From the NCBI GenBank assembly GCA_041752695.1, contig JBGSVZ010000038.1, positions 1 to 64,000 on the forward strand: a stretch of DNA of 64,000 nucleotides, written 5' to 3'. Below are positions 28,808 to 39,121 of this stretch, in pieces (position 1 is the stretch's first letter; each line of letters opens with the position of its first letter). The notes beneath the pieces were generated by a model. It ran no database searches. It saw only the letters and a program-made list of their open reading frames with translations, and had not been told where the DNA came from. This DNA is from Terrimicrobiaceae bacterium. GTDB taxonomy: Bacteria > Verrucomicrobiota > Verrucomicrobiia > Chthoniobacterales > Terrimicrobiaceae. The translations under genes were made by a program, and so were the position numbers.

Positions 28808-30745
28808 TTACCGGCTGGCGAGGCTGGAGACGACCGTGACGAGTTCGGCGGGCTCGACGGGTTTGGCAAGATGCATATGGAAACCCGCGCTGATTGCTCT
28901 GCGGCGGTCGTCGGAGCGGGCGAAGGCGGTGAGAGCGAGGGCCGGAATCTGCGCGCCTGATTCGGTCGCCAGGGAGCGAATTTCCCTTATCAGGTCATAG
29001 CCATCGCGGCCGGGCATCCCAATGTCGCTGACGAGAACGTCCGGGCGGCGGGTGCGGAATTGCTCCATCGCCTCGGCGGCCGAGCTCGCCGTGCGCACGC
29101 TTGCTCCGCTTTGCGCCAGAATGGAGCGGAGCAATTCCCGGGCGTCCGCATCGTCGTCCACGATGAGGACCTTGGCGCCGAGCAGGGAGGGCAGGGGTTC
29201 GTCACCGTCTGGCGGCTCGTTGGGGGGAGTGGCAGGGCCTCTGGCGACAAACCCCGGCGCGGAGGTTGTGATGGGGAGATCGACGACAAGCGTGGAGCCT
29301 TTTCCCAATCCTTCGCTCTTTGCTGAGACGGAGCCTCCGTGGAGTTCCACGAGTTGCTTCACGATGGCGAGTCCCAGCCCGAGGCCCTGGTGTCGACGGA
29401 CGGTGGAGGCATCCTGTTGGCGAAAACGGTCAAAGACGTGGGGGAGAAACTCGGGAGTGATCCCCTCGCCAGTGTCCGTGACAAAGATTTCGAGGGAATT
29501 CTCGTGACGCTGGAGCCCCACGGTGACGGAGCCCGCCTGCGGCGTGAATTTGATGGCGTTGTTCAGCAGGTTCCAGATGATTTGCTGCAGCCGTATGGGA
29601 TCACCCGTGAGGAGACCCGTGTTGGGATCCAGCTTGCTGACGAGCCGGATCCGTTTGGCGGTCGCGGCCGGTTCGGCCGCCGAGATGGCCGCTTCGACGA
29701 TCTCCACAGGCTGAACTTGCTGCATATCGAGTCGCAGTCGTCCCGAGAGGATCCGGCTCATGTCGAGCAGGTCGTCGATCAGCTTGGCCTGCGCCCGGGC
29801 GTTGCGTTCTATGGTTTCCAGCGCTTGCGGCACGGTATCGGGAGACAGGGTGCCGCTGCGCAAAAGTTGCACCCAGCCAAGCATGGCGGTGAGGGGGGTT
29901 CGCATTTCGTGGCTGACCGTGGCGAGGAACTCGTCTTTTAGCAGAGCCGTGCGTTCGGCCTGGAGACGCGCTCGCTGTTCAAGTTTCAGCAAAGCCTCAC
30001 CGTCCTTTTCCGCCTCCTTCCGCTCGTGAATGTCGATGCAGCCGCCCATGTAGCCGAGGAAGGAGCTGTCACCGCTAAAGAGCGGCATGCCGCGGGTAAT
30101 GATCCACCTGTAGGTGCCGTCGTGCCGCAGGAGGCGGTAGTCGATTTCGAAGGCCGTGCGTGTTTCAAAATGCCGTTGGAAAGTTTCCCGGCACCGGGAC
30201 AGATCGTCAGGATGGATAAGATCCATCCACCCTTCACCCGTCTGTTTTTCGAGAGTCTGACCCGTGAACTCCAGCCAGGGGCGGTTGAGCCAGGAGCAGA
30301 GTCCTGCGGCGTCACTCATCCAGATCATGACCGGCGCGGAATCGGCGAGTTGCCGGAAACGCGATTCGCTTTCGCGCAGATCGTGCTGACTGTGCTCGAG
30401 CTTTTCGCAGGTTTCGATTGCCCGTTGCCTGCTGCGCCGCAAGGATTCACAAACAATGCTGATCAAAATTCCATTAAGGGAAAATATTCCCAACAGGACT
30501 CCGTGCTGGATAGTGAATGCTTGAGGAGTGATGAAAAAAATAATGCCCCCGAGGACAGAAAGGGTCGTAGCGAAGAGGCCGGGACCGAGGCCCCCCATCC
30601 ACGCGGAGCAAAGGATGGCAAGAGTAAAGAGGCCGAAGGGAGAACGGTCCCCCATGAGGCCAGACAGCACGGTACCGCGCACCATTCCAGTGAGTGCAAC
30701 GAGGCCAAGGGCCACCAAGTAGGGAAGTAGGATTTTGGCTCGCAT
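28808..30745 (-). CDS. Hybrid sensor histidine kinase (DUF4118-like TM, PAS, HisKA, HATPase, REC)
   Basis: SHEMRTPL, NLLNNAIKFT, GLGLGL, receiver SDIGMPGRDG. Confidence 0.94.
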   Translation of the reverse strand: MRAKILLPYLVALGLVALTGMVRGTVLSGLMGDRSPFGLFTLAILCSAWMGGLGPGLFATTLSVLGGIIFFITPQAFTIQHGVLLGIFSLNGILISIVCESLRRSRQRAIETCEKLEHSQHDLRESESRFRQLADSAPVMIWMSDAAGLCSWLNRPWLEFTGQTLEKQTGEGWMDLIHPDDLSRCRETFQRHFETRTAFEIDYRLLRHDGTYRWIITRGMPLFSGDSSFLGYMGGCIDIHERKEAEKDGEALLKLEQRARLQAERTALLKDEFLATVSHEMRTPLTAMLGWVQLLRSGTLSPDTVPQALETIERNARAQAKLIDDLLDMSRILSGRLRLDMQQVQPVEIVEAAISAAEPAATAKRIRLVSKLDPNTGLLTGDPIRLQQIIWNLLNNAIKFTPQAGSVTVGLQRHENSLEIFVTDTGEGITPEFLPHVFDRFRQQDASTVRRHQGLGLGLAIVKQLVELHGGSVSAKSEGLGKGSTLVVDLPITTSAPGFVARGPATPPNEPPDGDEPLPSLLGAKVLIVDDDADARELLRSILAQSGASVRTASSAAEAMEQFRTRRPDVLVSDIGMPGRDGYDLIREIRSLATESGAQIPALALTAFARSDDRRRAISAGFHMHLAKPVEPAELVTVVSSLASR

Positions 30746-30831
30746 CCCAAATCGAACATTCAGGGGTTAAAATCGCATCGAATAGGCGCCAACGTCGGGC
30801 GAACGTTGAGAATTGACCATACCGAAGGATA

Positions 30832-31083
30832 TCAGCGCCTCCGCACCAGGCGGAAAATTAACAGAAGAAGAACGGAGCCAAGAATTGCCACTCCGAAACT
30901 GCGGAGATCGAATCCAGTGACGCTGCCGAACCCCAGTTGAGTTCCGATCCACCCGCCCAGGGCCGCTCCGGCGATGCCAAGAATGATCGTGAGCAAGCAT
31001 CCCCCTTTGTCGTCACCAGGGGTGAGGAGTTTGGCGATCGCGCCGGCCAGAAGCCCGAAGAGAATCCAGGAAAGAAAGCCCAT
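30832..31083 (-). CDS. GlsB/YeaQ/YmgE family stress-response membrane protein
   Basis: WILFGLLAGAIAK..PG...TIILGIAGAALGG; AGGAGG RBS. Confidence 0.92.
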   Translation of the reverse strand: MGFLSWILFGLLAGAIAKLLTPGDDKGGCLLTIILGIAGAALGGWIGTQLGFGSVTGFDLRSFGVAILGSVLLLLIFRLVRRR

Positions 31084-31285
31084 GATTAGTGCCCCCTCCT
31101 GTTAACTTCCTCATGGGTTCGGGGGAGACAATCTCCTGTTTTGGCTGACTGGTATTCGCGGGTTTTCATGAACAAGTGATTAAGTTTCGACCGCCAGGCC
31201 GATTCCGCGTGTATCGGAATTGGGGCAGTTTAGAACGCCAAATTCTGGTTGCTTACTGGGGTTGCCTCGCGAGGGCCTGTCCGTT

Positions 31286-31792
31286 CTACCAAAGATCCAC
31301 CAGGGGCCCTTTTTCTCCGTAAATGGGATCAAATTCCGGGAGGGGAACTTGGTCGATTTGGATTTTGGCAGATTCCATTTCCTGCGGAACGGCTCTTTTC
31401 AGGTTCGCAATTGTGCCGTTCGGGTAGGCCCCCACTGCTTGAAAGCTTGAGGTGCAATGGATGCACTGGTGGCCAGTGCCTGCCGGGATGGCGACCGCAT
31501 CACCCGGGTTGAGCATAACTTCAAGGCCTCGGGTGTGCCCAAAAAGCACCGCGGCGGTACCGCGGAAAACCCCAATGACCTCGTGGGCCGTGCTATGATA
31601 GTGGGCAAAAGGGTGGATGCCGAATCGCCACGCTGGTTTCCAATGGTTCGCCGCAAAAGTCGCTTCGAAGGCAAACGCGAGGTCGTCTGCGGTCAGTACG
31701 GCCCGGTAGACCAGAAGCGGAAGGAGAAGATTATTGGGAACGTCGGCGGTTTCACTCAGATAGTAGTCTTCCACCGGATACCCCGTTTTCAC
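31286..31792 (-). CDS. Cupin domain protein (YjlB-like)
   Basis: VPNN..LPL, HYHSTAHE, IPAGTGH, VGAYP, DPIYG..GPL. Confidence 0.85.
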   Translation of the reverse strand: MKTGYPVEDYYLSETADVPNNLLLPLLVYRAVLTADDLAFAFEATFAANHWKPAWRFGIHPFAHYHSTAHEVIGVFRGTAAVLFGHTRGLEVMLNPGDAVAIPAGTGHQCIHCTSSFQAVGAYPNGTIANLKRAVPQEMESAKIQIDQVPLPEFDPIYGEKGPLVDLW

Positions 31793-31978
31793 TTAAGCGT
31801 GAGAGAGACGGACGCGTTTCAGGGTGCCTTGATCTTTGATGCGCACGCGGCCACTTTCGAAGAGGTCGAGCAGCGCAGCGATCGTTTCGCGCTGGCTGCG
31901 GGTGCAGGACGAGACGGTTGCCACCAACTCCCCAAGCGAGAGTTTGTTCCGGTTGATTTTGCCGTAGGGATTTTTCAT
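31793..31978 (-). CDS. Small hypothetical protein
   Basis: 61 aa, LSLGELV...DLFESGRVR; stop directly abuts the cupin GTG. Confidence 0.65.
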   Translation of the reverse strand: MKNPYGKINRNKLSLGELVATVSSCTRSQRETIAALLDLFESGRVRIKDQGTLKRVRLSHA

Positions 31979-31986
31979 GGGTTTGT

Positions 31987-32259
31987 CTAGGTTACGTCAG
32001 GTGAGCGAGTTCCGGATGTCATCGAATGTCTTCCGGTCGCGGGACAGGATTTTTTCCGATGAGGGGGTCGGGGATGAACCTGACTTTCGGCCCTGTTAGG
32101 GGGGCGTCTTTCCAAGAGTTTGCCGAGGCAGACGAGGGCCAGGATCGGAAGTGTCGCGATAAGAACTGCAGCGGCGAACAGGCACGCCACGACGAGAGAG
32201 AGTTGGTTGGGAAAAGAAAGCGACAAAAATGAACGCCAGCGCTGGGGAAAATCGGTCAT
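31987..32259 (-). CDS. Possible small membrane protein
   Basis: One long hydrophobic stretch; co-oriented 8 nt upstream of the next gene; weak. Confidence 0.4.
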   Translation of the reverse strand: MTDFPQRWRSFLSLSFPNQLSLVVACLFAAAVLIATLPILALVCLGKLLERRPPNRAESQVHPRPPHRKKSCPATGRHSMTSGTRSPDVT

Positions 32260-32405
32260 GATCTTGCTTCGCGCCCGCGGTCAGAAGCGGTCGGGCGATT
32301 TTCTGACGTGCAGTGGATCCCGCTTCCGAAATCTGCGTTTTCAGGCAGTGAGTGGGATATTCTTCTTGTCAATACGCCCGTTGATCATCTATGTCGGTGT
32401 CACCG

Positions 32406-33032
32406 ATGAAAAAAGTCTTCTTCTCCCTAGCCCTGATCGTTGCGGCCAATTTTGCTCATGCGGGTGGCTTTGGTGGCCCTCCGCCATTCACAAACGGTTC
32501 TCCTTTGGTCACCGGGGTCGATGGATCCTACCAGGCTACGGCACGCGGAACGAACATGGTTGGTGTGTTCCGTTTCACCTACAGTGGAGGAACTCAGACG
32601 AGCTCTCCGACTCTCCCGAGCGGCACGACTGTCGATAATCTCCTCACAGATCCTTACAATGATTACGTTTTCTTTGTCGAGGGATTGACGTATCGGGGGC
32701 TTGTTCAGGCGAATATTAACACAGGTTCGATTGCCGGCGTGTTCGACAATGGCTCGGCGAATGTTGCAGTTTGGGGTGACGCCGATGGTCTGGGTATCCT
32801 GTCGTTTGTGTCAGGTTTCTTCCAAGGTTCGATGGATCAGCAATCCCCATACGCGGCCTTCAGCGGGGACGGTGAGATTACCGTCAGTGGTCCTGAAACA
32901 AGAATTGTGGAAACTTTCCCCGACGGCCCCGACGCTCCCCCAGTCTATGTAGAAATTGAGGTTATCGCAGCCCAGTTTGCGAAAGAATTCAAGTTCAGGG
33001 GTGTCCGGGCTACGTTGAATACCGCCGGCTAG
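32406..33032 (+). CDS. Secreted hypothetical protein
   Basis: Signal peptide MKKVFFSLALIVAANFAHA; beta-strand-like composition. Confidence 0.8.
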   Translation: MKKVFFSLALIVAANFAHAGGFGGPPPFTNGSPLVTGVDGSYQATARGTNMVGVFRFTYSGGTQTSSPTLPSGTTVDNLLTDPYNDYVFFVEGLTYRGLVQANINTGSIAGVFDNGSANVAVWGDADGLGILSFVSGFFQGSMDQQSPYAAFSGDGEITVSGPETRIVETFPDGPDAPPVYVEIEVIAAQFAKEFKFRGVRATLNTAG

Positions 33033-33118
33033 CGGGCGCGTCAGGCCTGAGTTTTTCCACCTTTTAGCTCATTAAATTTCCTGGAGAAAGTGCCAGCCCC
33101 TGTTCCCGGAACAGGGGT

Positions 33119-33613
33119 TTGTCATTGGTCGAATTCGTTGTCGTCGTCGCAGTTCTTGCGATTCTTTTGGCCCTAGTGGTCAAATATGGCGCGCGCACCG
33201 TTGAGAAATCGGAAGCGGTCCGCTGCGCACAGAATCTCAAATCCCTGCACGCTTCCCTCGCGGCCTACGTCCAAGACAAGGGGCATTGGCCGCAGGAGCC
33301 GAGTGGGCTTTGGGAATCGAATGACGGAAACGCCTACGAAGACTGGTGGATGAGGGAGTTGGAGCCCTACGGAGCGACAGAGAAGGTCTGGCAGTGCCCG
33401 ACAATTCAGCGGAAGATTGTGAATAAAAAGAAGGATGGGCGTCCCAAGATGCATTATTCACCGACAAAGTTCGATAACAGAGCGCTCACTCCTTACAAGT
33501 GGGCAAAGCAGCCTTGGCTGGTGGAGATTGGCAACCTGCATGGGGTTGGTGCCTTGATTTGTTTCCCCGACGGAAGTGTCAAGACGATGAATGAGGTGGC
33601 GGGCGAGCGATAG
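33119..33613 (+). CDS. Type IV pilin-like (prepilin N-terminal motif) protein
   Basis: (RG)LSLVEFVVVVAVLAILLAL, C..NLK, WQCP, H..GA...FPDG.V; start uncertain. Confidence 0.8.
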   Translation: MSLVEFVVVVAVLAILLALVVKYGARTVEKSEAVRCAQNLKSLHASLAAYVQDKGHWPQEPSGLWESNDGNAYEDWWMRELEPYGATEKVWQCPTIQRKIVNKKKDGRPKMHYSPTKFDNRALTPYKWAKQPWLVEIGNLHGVGALICFPDGSVKTMNEVAGER

Positions 33614-33818
33614 GCACGCGTATTTCGGGCCGAAAGGTTTTGACGGCGCGAACGAAAACAGCCAAGCGGTGAGCCTCTTGCCTCGGGCTCGGTGATTTTG
33701 GGAATCAGGACCTCGTCTTGTTTCGCGCTGAACGGCCAAGTACCAAAATTCCTCTCTGTGTCCTTGCTGAACGCGGGGAGCAGCCGCTAGCCTGAGGGAT
33801 TATCCCAATGGCCGTCCG

Positions 33819-36710
33819 ATGAGTTTGAACAACCACTCTGTCATTCGCATCAAAGGCGCGCGACAACACAATCTCCAGAATCTGGATGTGGAGATTCCGC
33901 GCAACAGTCTCGTGGTGGTCACGGGATTGAGCGGCTCCGGCAAGTCGTCGCTGGCGTTTGACACCCTTTATGCGGAGGGGCAGCGGAAATATGTCGAGAG
34001 TCTTTCGGCGTATGCGCGGCAGTTTTTGGATCAAATGCAGAAACCCGAGGTGGATTACATCGAGGGGCTCTCTCCGGCGATTGCCATCGAGCAACGAACG
34101 TCTGGGGCCAATCCGCGCTCGATCATTGCGACCACCACGGAGATTTACGATTACCTGCGTTTGCTTTTTGCCGCCATCGGGCGGCCGCATGATCCGGCGA
34201 CGGGGGAGCCTGTCGTCCGGCAGACGCCCCAGCAGATTGGAGAAGCCATTCTGGCCTGGCCGGCAGGGACGAAGGTCATGGTGCTGGCCCCGCTGGTGGA
34301 GAGTCGGGTGGGGGAATTCCGCGACGTGATCGAAAAAGCCCGGCGGGAGGGGTTTGTCCGGCTGCGGATTGATGGCGAGATTGTGGAACTGAGCTCCCCG
34401 GTTTTGCCCAAGCTCGCGAAGACCAGCAAACACACCATCGAGGCGGTGGTGGACCGGCTGACGGTGAAGGAGGAGATCCGTTCGCGGTTGTCGGATTCGG
34501 TGGAAACGGCGCTGCGTTGGGGGGAGGGGAAGCTGACGGTGATCCGGCTGGACCCGGACACAGAGCGCTGGGCCGAGCAAAAATTCTCCACCGACTACAG
34601 CAACCCGGCCACGGGGTTCACCATGCCGAAGCTCACGCCGAAACATTTTTCGTTTAATAGTCATCATGGGGCCTGTCCGGGCTGTCATGGGATCGGCACG
34701 GAGTTGTTTTTTGATCCGGAGTTGATGGTCGATGCGGCCAAAACCCTGACGCAGGGGGCGATCAGGCCCTGGCGGGTGGGGCACAAGAGGATGCGCCAAT
34801 ATTATGGGGCGATCCTGGAGGCTTTGGTGACCGACACGCCAGCGCCGATGGATGTGCCGTTCAAGGATCTGCCGGAAGGATTTCGGCAGGTGCTTTTTTA
34901 TGGCACGGGCGACCGGGAGGTGACCTTCCAATCCTCGGCGGAGAAAAAGGTGACGCGTCCCTTTGAGGGCCTCGTTGCCCAGATGCAAAAGCTCTTTGAC
35001 TCCAGCGAGAGCGAATTCACCCGGAAACGTTTGCGGGCATATCAGGGGCGGAGGGAATGCGGGCTGTGTCATGGCGCGCGCTTGCGTCCGGAGATTCTCG
35101 CTGTGACCGTGCCGACGCGGGACGGTCGTCAGCTTAGCGTGAATGGGTTTTGCGAACTTCCCATCGCGGAGGCGGGAGCGGTGGCGGCCAGTTTTCAGCT
35201 CACCTCGACGGAGGAGGGGATTGTGTATGATGTGTTGCGGGAAATCCGGCAGCGGCTGGCTTTTCTCAATGAAGTTGGTCTGGGCTACCTGCAACTGAGT
35301 CGGGAGAGTGGAACCTTGAGCGGAGGAGAGGCCCAGCGTATCCGGCTCGCCACCCAGATTGGTTCCGGACTGGCCGGGGTGTTGTATGTTCTCGACGAAC
35401 CCAGCATAGGCCTGCATCAGCGGGACAACGACCGGCTAATCGGGACCTTGCGTTCCCTCCGGGATCTGGGGAATTCCGTGATCGTGGTTGAGCACGACGA
35501 GGACACCATTCGCGCGGCGGATTATATCCTGGATCTGGGACCCGGGGCCGGGCCGCGGGGTGGGCGGATCGTTGCACAGGGGACTCTGGAACAAATCTTG
35601 CAGAGCGAGGATTCCCTCACGGCGCAGTATTTAAAGAAGTCACTGAAAATTTCCGTCCCGCGTCATCGGGTGCCGCCGCGCAAGGATCGCAAGCTGGCGG
35701 GTCAGATCGGGGATGGCTGGCTGACGGTTTTCGGCGCGCGCGAGAACAATTTGAAAAATGTCACGGCGGCGTTTCCGGCCGGATGTTTCACCTGTGTCAC
35801 TGGCGTTTCGGGCAGTGGAAAATCGACTCTGGTCAACGACATCCTCCGGGCGGCTCTGGCGCGTGATTTGAATGGCGCGAAAGACCGCCCCGGGGCGCAC
35901 GACCGGATCGTCGGCACGGAGCAATTTGACAAGGTCGTGGTGATTGATCAGACGCCGGTTGGGCGCACACCGCGCTCGAACCCGGCTACCTACTCGGGTG
36001 CGCTTGGGCCGATCCGGGACTTGTTCAGCGATCTGCCGTCCTCGCGGGTTCGGGGATACGACGCGAGCCGGTTTTCGTTCAACGCCAAGGGTGGGCGCTG
36101 CGAGCATTGCCAGGGCGACGGATTCATCAAAATCGAGATGCATTTCCTGGCCGACGTTTATGTCGAGTGTGAGGTCTGCCGCGGCAAACGCTACAATCGG
36201 GAGACGCTGGAGATCACCTACAAAGGAAAAAACATCGCCGATGTGCTCGACATGACGGTGGATGAGGCGTCGCGGTTTTTCCGCAACATTCCGGCGCTTT
36301 CGACCAAGCTGGAAACCTTGCAGGATGTCGGTCTCGGGTATCTCCGGCTCGGGCAATCGGCCACGACGCTTTCCGGCGGCGAGGCCCAGCGTCTGAAGCT
36401 GGCTTCGGAACTGGCGCGGCGCGCCACAGGGCGCACGGTTTACCTGCTCGACGAACCGACGACGGGGTTGCATTTTGCGGACATCCACAAGTTGCTGGAA
36501 GTGCTCATCAAACTGCGCGACGCCCACAACACCCTCATCGTGATCGAACACAATCTCGAGGTGATCAAATGCGCGGATTGGGTGATTGATCTTGGGCCCG
36601 AAGGCGGAGGGGCGGGTGGCCAAATCATTGCGGAAGGCACGCCGGAACAAATCGTGGCGAACTCCGCGAGTCCCACCGGTCAATATCTCAGCCGGGTGCT
36701 GCGGCCATGA
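33819..36710 (+). CDS. uvrA: Excinuclease ABC subunit A
   Basis: [15 protein letters not shown], two LSGGEAQR signatures, zinc fingers. Confidence 0.98.
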   Translation: MSLNNHSVIRIKGARQHNLQNLDVEIPRNSLVVVTGLSGSGKSSLAFDTLYAEGQRKYVESLSAYARQFLDQMQKPEVDYIEGLSPAIAIEQRTSGANPRSIIATTTEIYDYLRLLFAAIGRPHDPATGEPVVRQTPQQIGEAILAWPAGTKVMVLAPLVESRVGEFRDVIEKARREGFVRLRIDGEIVELSSPVLPKLAKTSKHTIEAVVDRLTVKEEIRSRLSDSVETALRWGEGKLTVIRLDPDTERWAEQKFSTDYSNPATGFTMPKLTPKHFSFNSHHGACPGCHGIGTELFFDPELMVDAAKTLTQGAIRPWRVGHKRMRQYYGAILEALVTDTPAPMDVPFKDLPEGFRQVLFYGTGDREVTFQSSAEKKVTRPFEGLVAQMQKLFDSSESEFTRKRLRAYQGRRECGLCHGARLRPEILAVTVPTRDGRQLSVNGFCELPIAEAGAVAASFQLTSTEEGIVYDVLREIRQRLAFLNEVGLGYLQLSRESGTLSGGEAQRIRLATQIGSGLAGVLYVLDEPSIGLHQRDNDRLIGTLRSLRDLGNSVIVVEHDEDTIRAADYILDLGPGAGPRGGRIVAQGTLEQILQSEDSLTAQYLKKSLKISVPRHRVPPRKDRKLAGQIGDGWLTVFGARENNLKNVTAAFPAGCFTCVTGVSGSGKSTLVNDILRAALARDLNGAKDRPGAHDRIVGTEQFDKVVVIDQTPVGRTPRSNPATYSGALGPIRDLFSDLPSSRVRGYDASRFSFNAKGGRCEHCQGDGFIKIEMHFLADVYVECEVCRGKRYNRETLEITYKGKNIADVLDMTVDEASRFFRNIPALSTKLETLQDVGLGYLRLGQSATTLSGGEAQRLKLASELARRATGRTVYLLDEPTTGLHFADIHKLLEVLIKLRDAHNTLIVIEHNLEVIKCADWVIDLGPEGGGAGGQIIAEGTPEQIVANSASPTGQYLSRVLRP

Positions 36711-39091
36711 AAATCCGGGGTTTTGTTTTTCTGGCATGGGCGGCGGCCGCGACCTTGTGGGGATCTCCGTTGGACGATGCCCGTCAAGCGTTGAACGATG
36801 GCCTGCCGCAGGTCGCGATTCACAAGCTGACCCAAAACGACGGGAAATGGCCCGCCGCCGGTGACCAGGCTGCGGCGGATCTTTTGCTCGGCGAGGCGTT
36901 GATTGCAGCGGGACGCCCCGCGGAAAGCCTGGCCCCGCTCTCACGGCTTCCTGCGAACAATCTTGCGGCAAAATTCTGGATGGCGGAAGCGTATGCCGCG
37001 CTGGCTCAGCCGGAAAAAGCCTTGCCGTTGTACCAGGCTGCGGCTGGAGCGAAGGACTTGGCGGCGAAAGCTGCCATCGGGCAGTCGCGGATGTTGAAAA
37101 AACTCTGGCGGGTGGGGGATGCGCTGGCGGTTTTGCAGGCCCGCGCCAAAGCCGTGCCGGGTGAGGAGGACGTCGCCTTGGAAATTGCGGAGCAGTCGCT
37201 GGACGCCGGGGACATCGCGGGGGCGGCTGCCGCGTTGGCGGGGGTTCAGGCGCTGTCTCCGACCGCAAACTATCTGCGGGGGCGGGTGTTATTTGACCAG
37301 GGAGAGGTGAGTCAGGCGCAGGCTGTGCTGGAGACCATCACCGTCTGCCCAGCCCGATTTGTTGCCGGCCGGGACATTGCCCTGGCGGCGTGTGAAATGC
37401 ATTTTCAGGAACCCGTCGAGGCCGAGAAAATCCTCGAGTCCTTCATCGAGGAAAATGCGGCATTGCCGGGACTGGCGGAGGTGTTTTCCGCCCTCGACCG
37501 GGTGTATGCCGGGCAGACCTCCGCTTCCAGCTCGGAACTGCGGCGTTGGTCCGAGGATTCCTCGGATCTTCTGCGGGCGGGGTATGGGGTGTTTTACCTG
37601 GCACGGAACGAGGCACGCACCGGAAATGCGGAGCGGAGCCGTCAGCTCTACGCAGAATTCCTTGCCAAATATCCGGGTAATCCGCTTGGGCTGGTGGCCA
37701 GGTCGGAATTGGCGGCGTCCTTTCTGGCAGAGGGTCAGGCGCGGGAGGCGCTCGCCCTTTTGGAGTCCGAGAGCGGAGGTCAGGCGGCGTTCCTCCGAGG
37801 GAAGGCGCAGGCCGCGCTCGGTCTGCCCAGGGAGGCGATGGAAAGTTTCCTGGAGGCCGCGGAGAGCGGTTCTTTGGAGCGGGAAGCGCTTCTTAATGCA
37901 TCCCTCTGCGGCATGCTGGCGGGAGTGCCAGAGAGCAAAAATGAAGGGGTCACCCGTCTGCGTGCCCTAGCGGACGGCGCGACGGTGGTTTCCCGATTTG
38001 AATATTTGTCGGCGATGCACCGGGCGGCCCAGCGTGATCCGGACGCTGGAAAACGACTTGCAGAAATTGCCGGCAGCGACTCTCCCCATGCCGTGCAGGC
38101 TCGGCTGGCTTTGGCGGAATGGGACGCCCTGCGTCTCGATTATCCGGCGGCCCGGGAGCAATTGCGCCGCGTCTCGACGCAGGATTCGCCCAACCCGCTG
38201 GTGCAGGAACGCGCCGCCGCGCTGGCGGTTTTCGTCGCGGACACCGGCGAGCCGGAGTCCGAGACCGAGGTGAAGCGGCTGGCCGCGGAGTTTCTCAAAG
38301 ACCACCCGGATTCGGCTTTTGTCCCGGAAATTCACCTCAAGCTCGGCGAGATGTATTTTCGGCGGGGCGACTACCTCGCGGCCCGGGGAGAGTTCGGCCA
38401 GATTGCGGAAAAATTCCCATCCTCGCCGCTCGCGGAAAAGGCCGTGTTTCTCACTGCGCGGGCCATGGAGCGCTCGATGGACTCCAAAACCATCCTGGAG
38501 GCGGTGCCCCTTTACGAATCGGTGGCCGCGACCGGCGGCCCGCTCGCCTCGCGCGCCCGGCTGGCTCAAGCCATGCTTTTCAACGCGCTGAAAAGGCCCA
38601 AGGACGCCCTGGGAGTCTTCGACAAAATCCTCGAGTCGAAACCCGAGCCCGAACTCCGCTACACCGCGCTCACCGAGGCGGGAGAAACCCACTTTTCCCA
38701 AGGCCCAGAAGATCCTGCAAATTACGAGCGCGCCATTGCCACCTGGAAACTGGTGGCCGAGGATTCCGGGGCCCCGCGGACCTGGACCAACCAAGCGTGG
38801 TTTCGCATCGGGGAGGCTTACGAAAAACTCAACCAGTCTGACGCCGCCCTCGACGCCTATTACACCGTCGTCTCCCAGGGCCCGAAGGAGGCCTCGGGGG
38901 GCGCCGAGCCGGAGTATTTTTGGTACTACAAGGCGGGTTTCGAGGCTGGGACGCTCCTGGAAGAGCGCAAACTCTGGAAGGAAGCCATCGCGGTTTACGA
39001 AAAAATTTCCACCATCGACGGTCCGCGTGCCGGCGAGGCTGCCGACCGGATCAAAAAATTGCGGCTGGCAAATTTCATTTGGGAGGATTGA
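36707..39091 (+). CDS. Exported tetratricopeptide repeat protein
   Basis: Signal peptide, many Ala-rich TPR-like helices (FLAKYPGNP, FPSSPLAEKA); ATGA overlap with uvrA. Confidence 0.85.
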   Translation: MKIRGFVFLAWAAAATLWGSPLDDARQALNDGLPQVAIHKLTQNDGKWPAAGDQAAADLLLGEALIAAGRPAESLAPLSRLPANNLAAKFWMAEAYAALAQPEKALPLYQAAAGAKDLAAKAAIGQSRMLKKLWRVGDALAVLQARAKAVPGEEDVALEIAEQSLDAGDIAGAAAALAGVQALSPTANYLRGRVLFDQGEVSQAQAVLETITVCPARFVAGRDIALAACEMHFQEPVEAEKILESFIEENAALPGLAEVFSALDRVYAGQTSASSSELRRWSEDSSDLLRAGYGVFYLARNEARTGNAERSRQLYAEFLAKYPGNPLGLVARSELAASFLAEGQAREALALLESESGGQAAFLRGKAQAALGLPREAMESFLEAAESGSLEREALLNASLCGMLAGVPESKNEGVTRLRALADGATVVSRFEYLSAMHRAAQRDPDAGKRLAEIAGSDSPHAVQARLALAEWDALRLDYPAAREQLRRVSTQDSPNPLVQERAAALAVFVADTGEPESETEVKRLAAEFLKDHPDSAFVPEIHLKLGEMYFRRGDYLAARGEFGQIAEKFPSSPLAEKAVFLTARAMERSMDSKTILEAVPLYESVAATGGPLASRARLAQAMLFNALKRPKDALGVFDKILESKPEPELRYTALTEAGETHFSQGPEDPANYERAIATWKLVAEDSGAPRTWTNQAWFRIGEAYEKLNQSDAALDAYYTVVSQGPKEASGGAEPEYFWYYKAGFEAGTLLEERKLWKEAIAVYEKISTIDGPRAGEAADRIKKLRLANFIWED

Positions 39092-39121
39092 ATTTCCCCT
39101 CCTTTCGCTGTCTCTACTTTC

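Noticed and set aside
33101..33113. TGTTC-CCG-GAACA as a Verrucomicrobia LexA box near uvrA
   Set aside because: Spacer is 3 nt rather than the 4 nt I recall for that box, it lies 700 nt from uvrA, and it is part of a longer hairpin.
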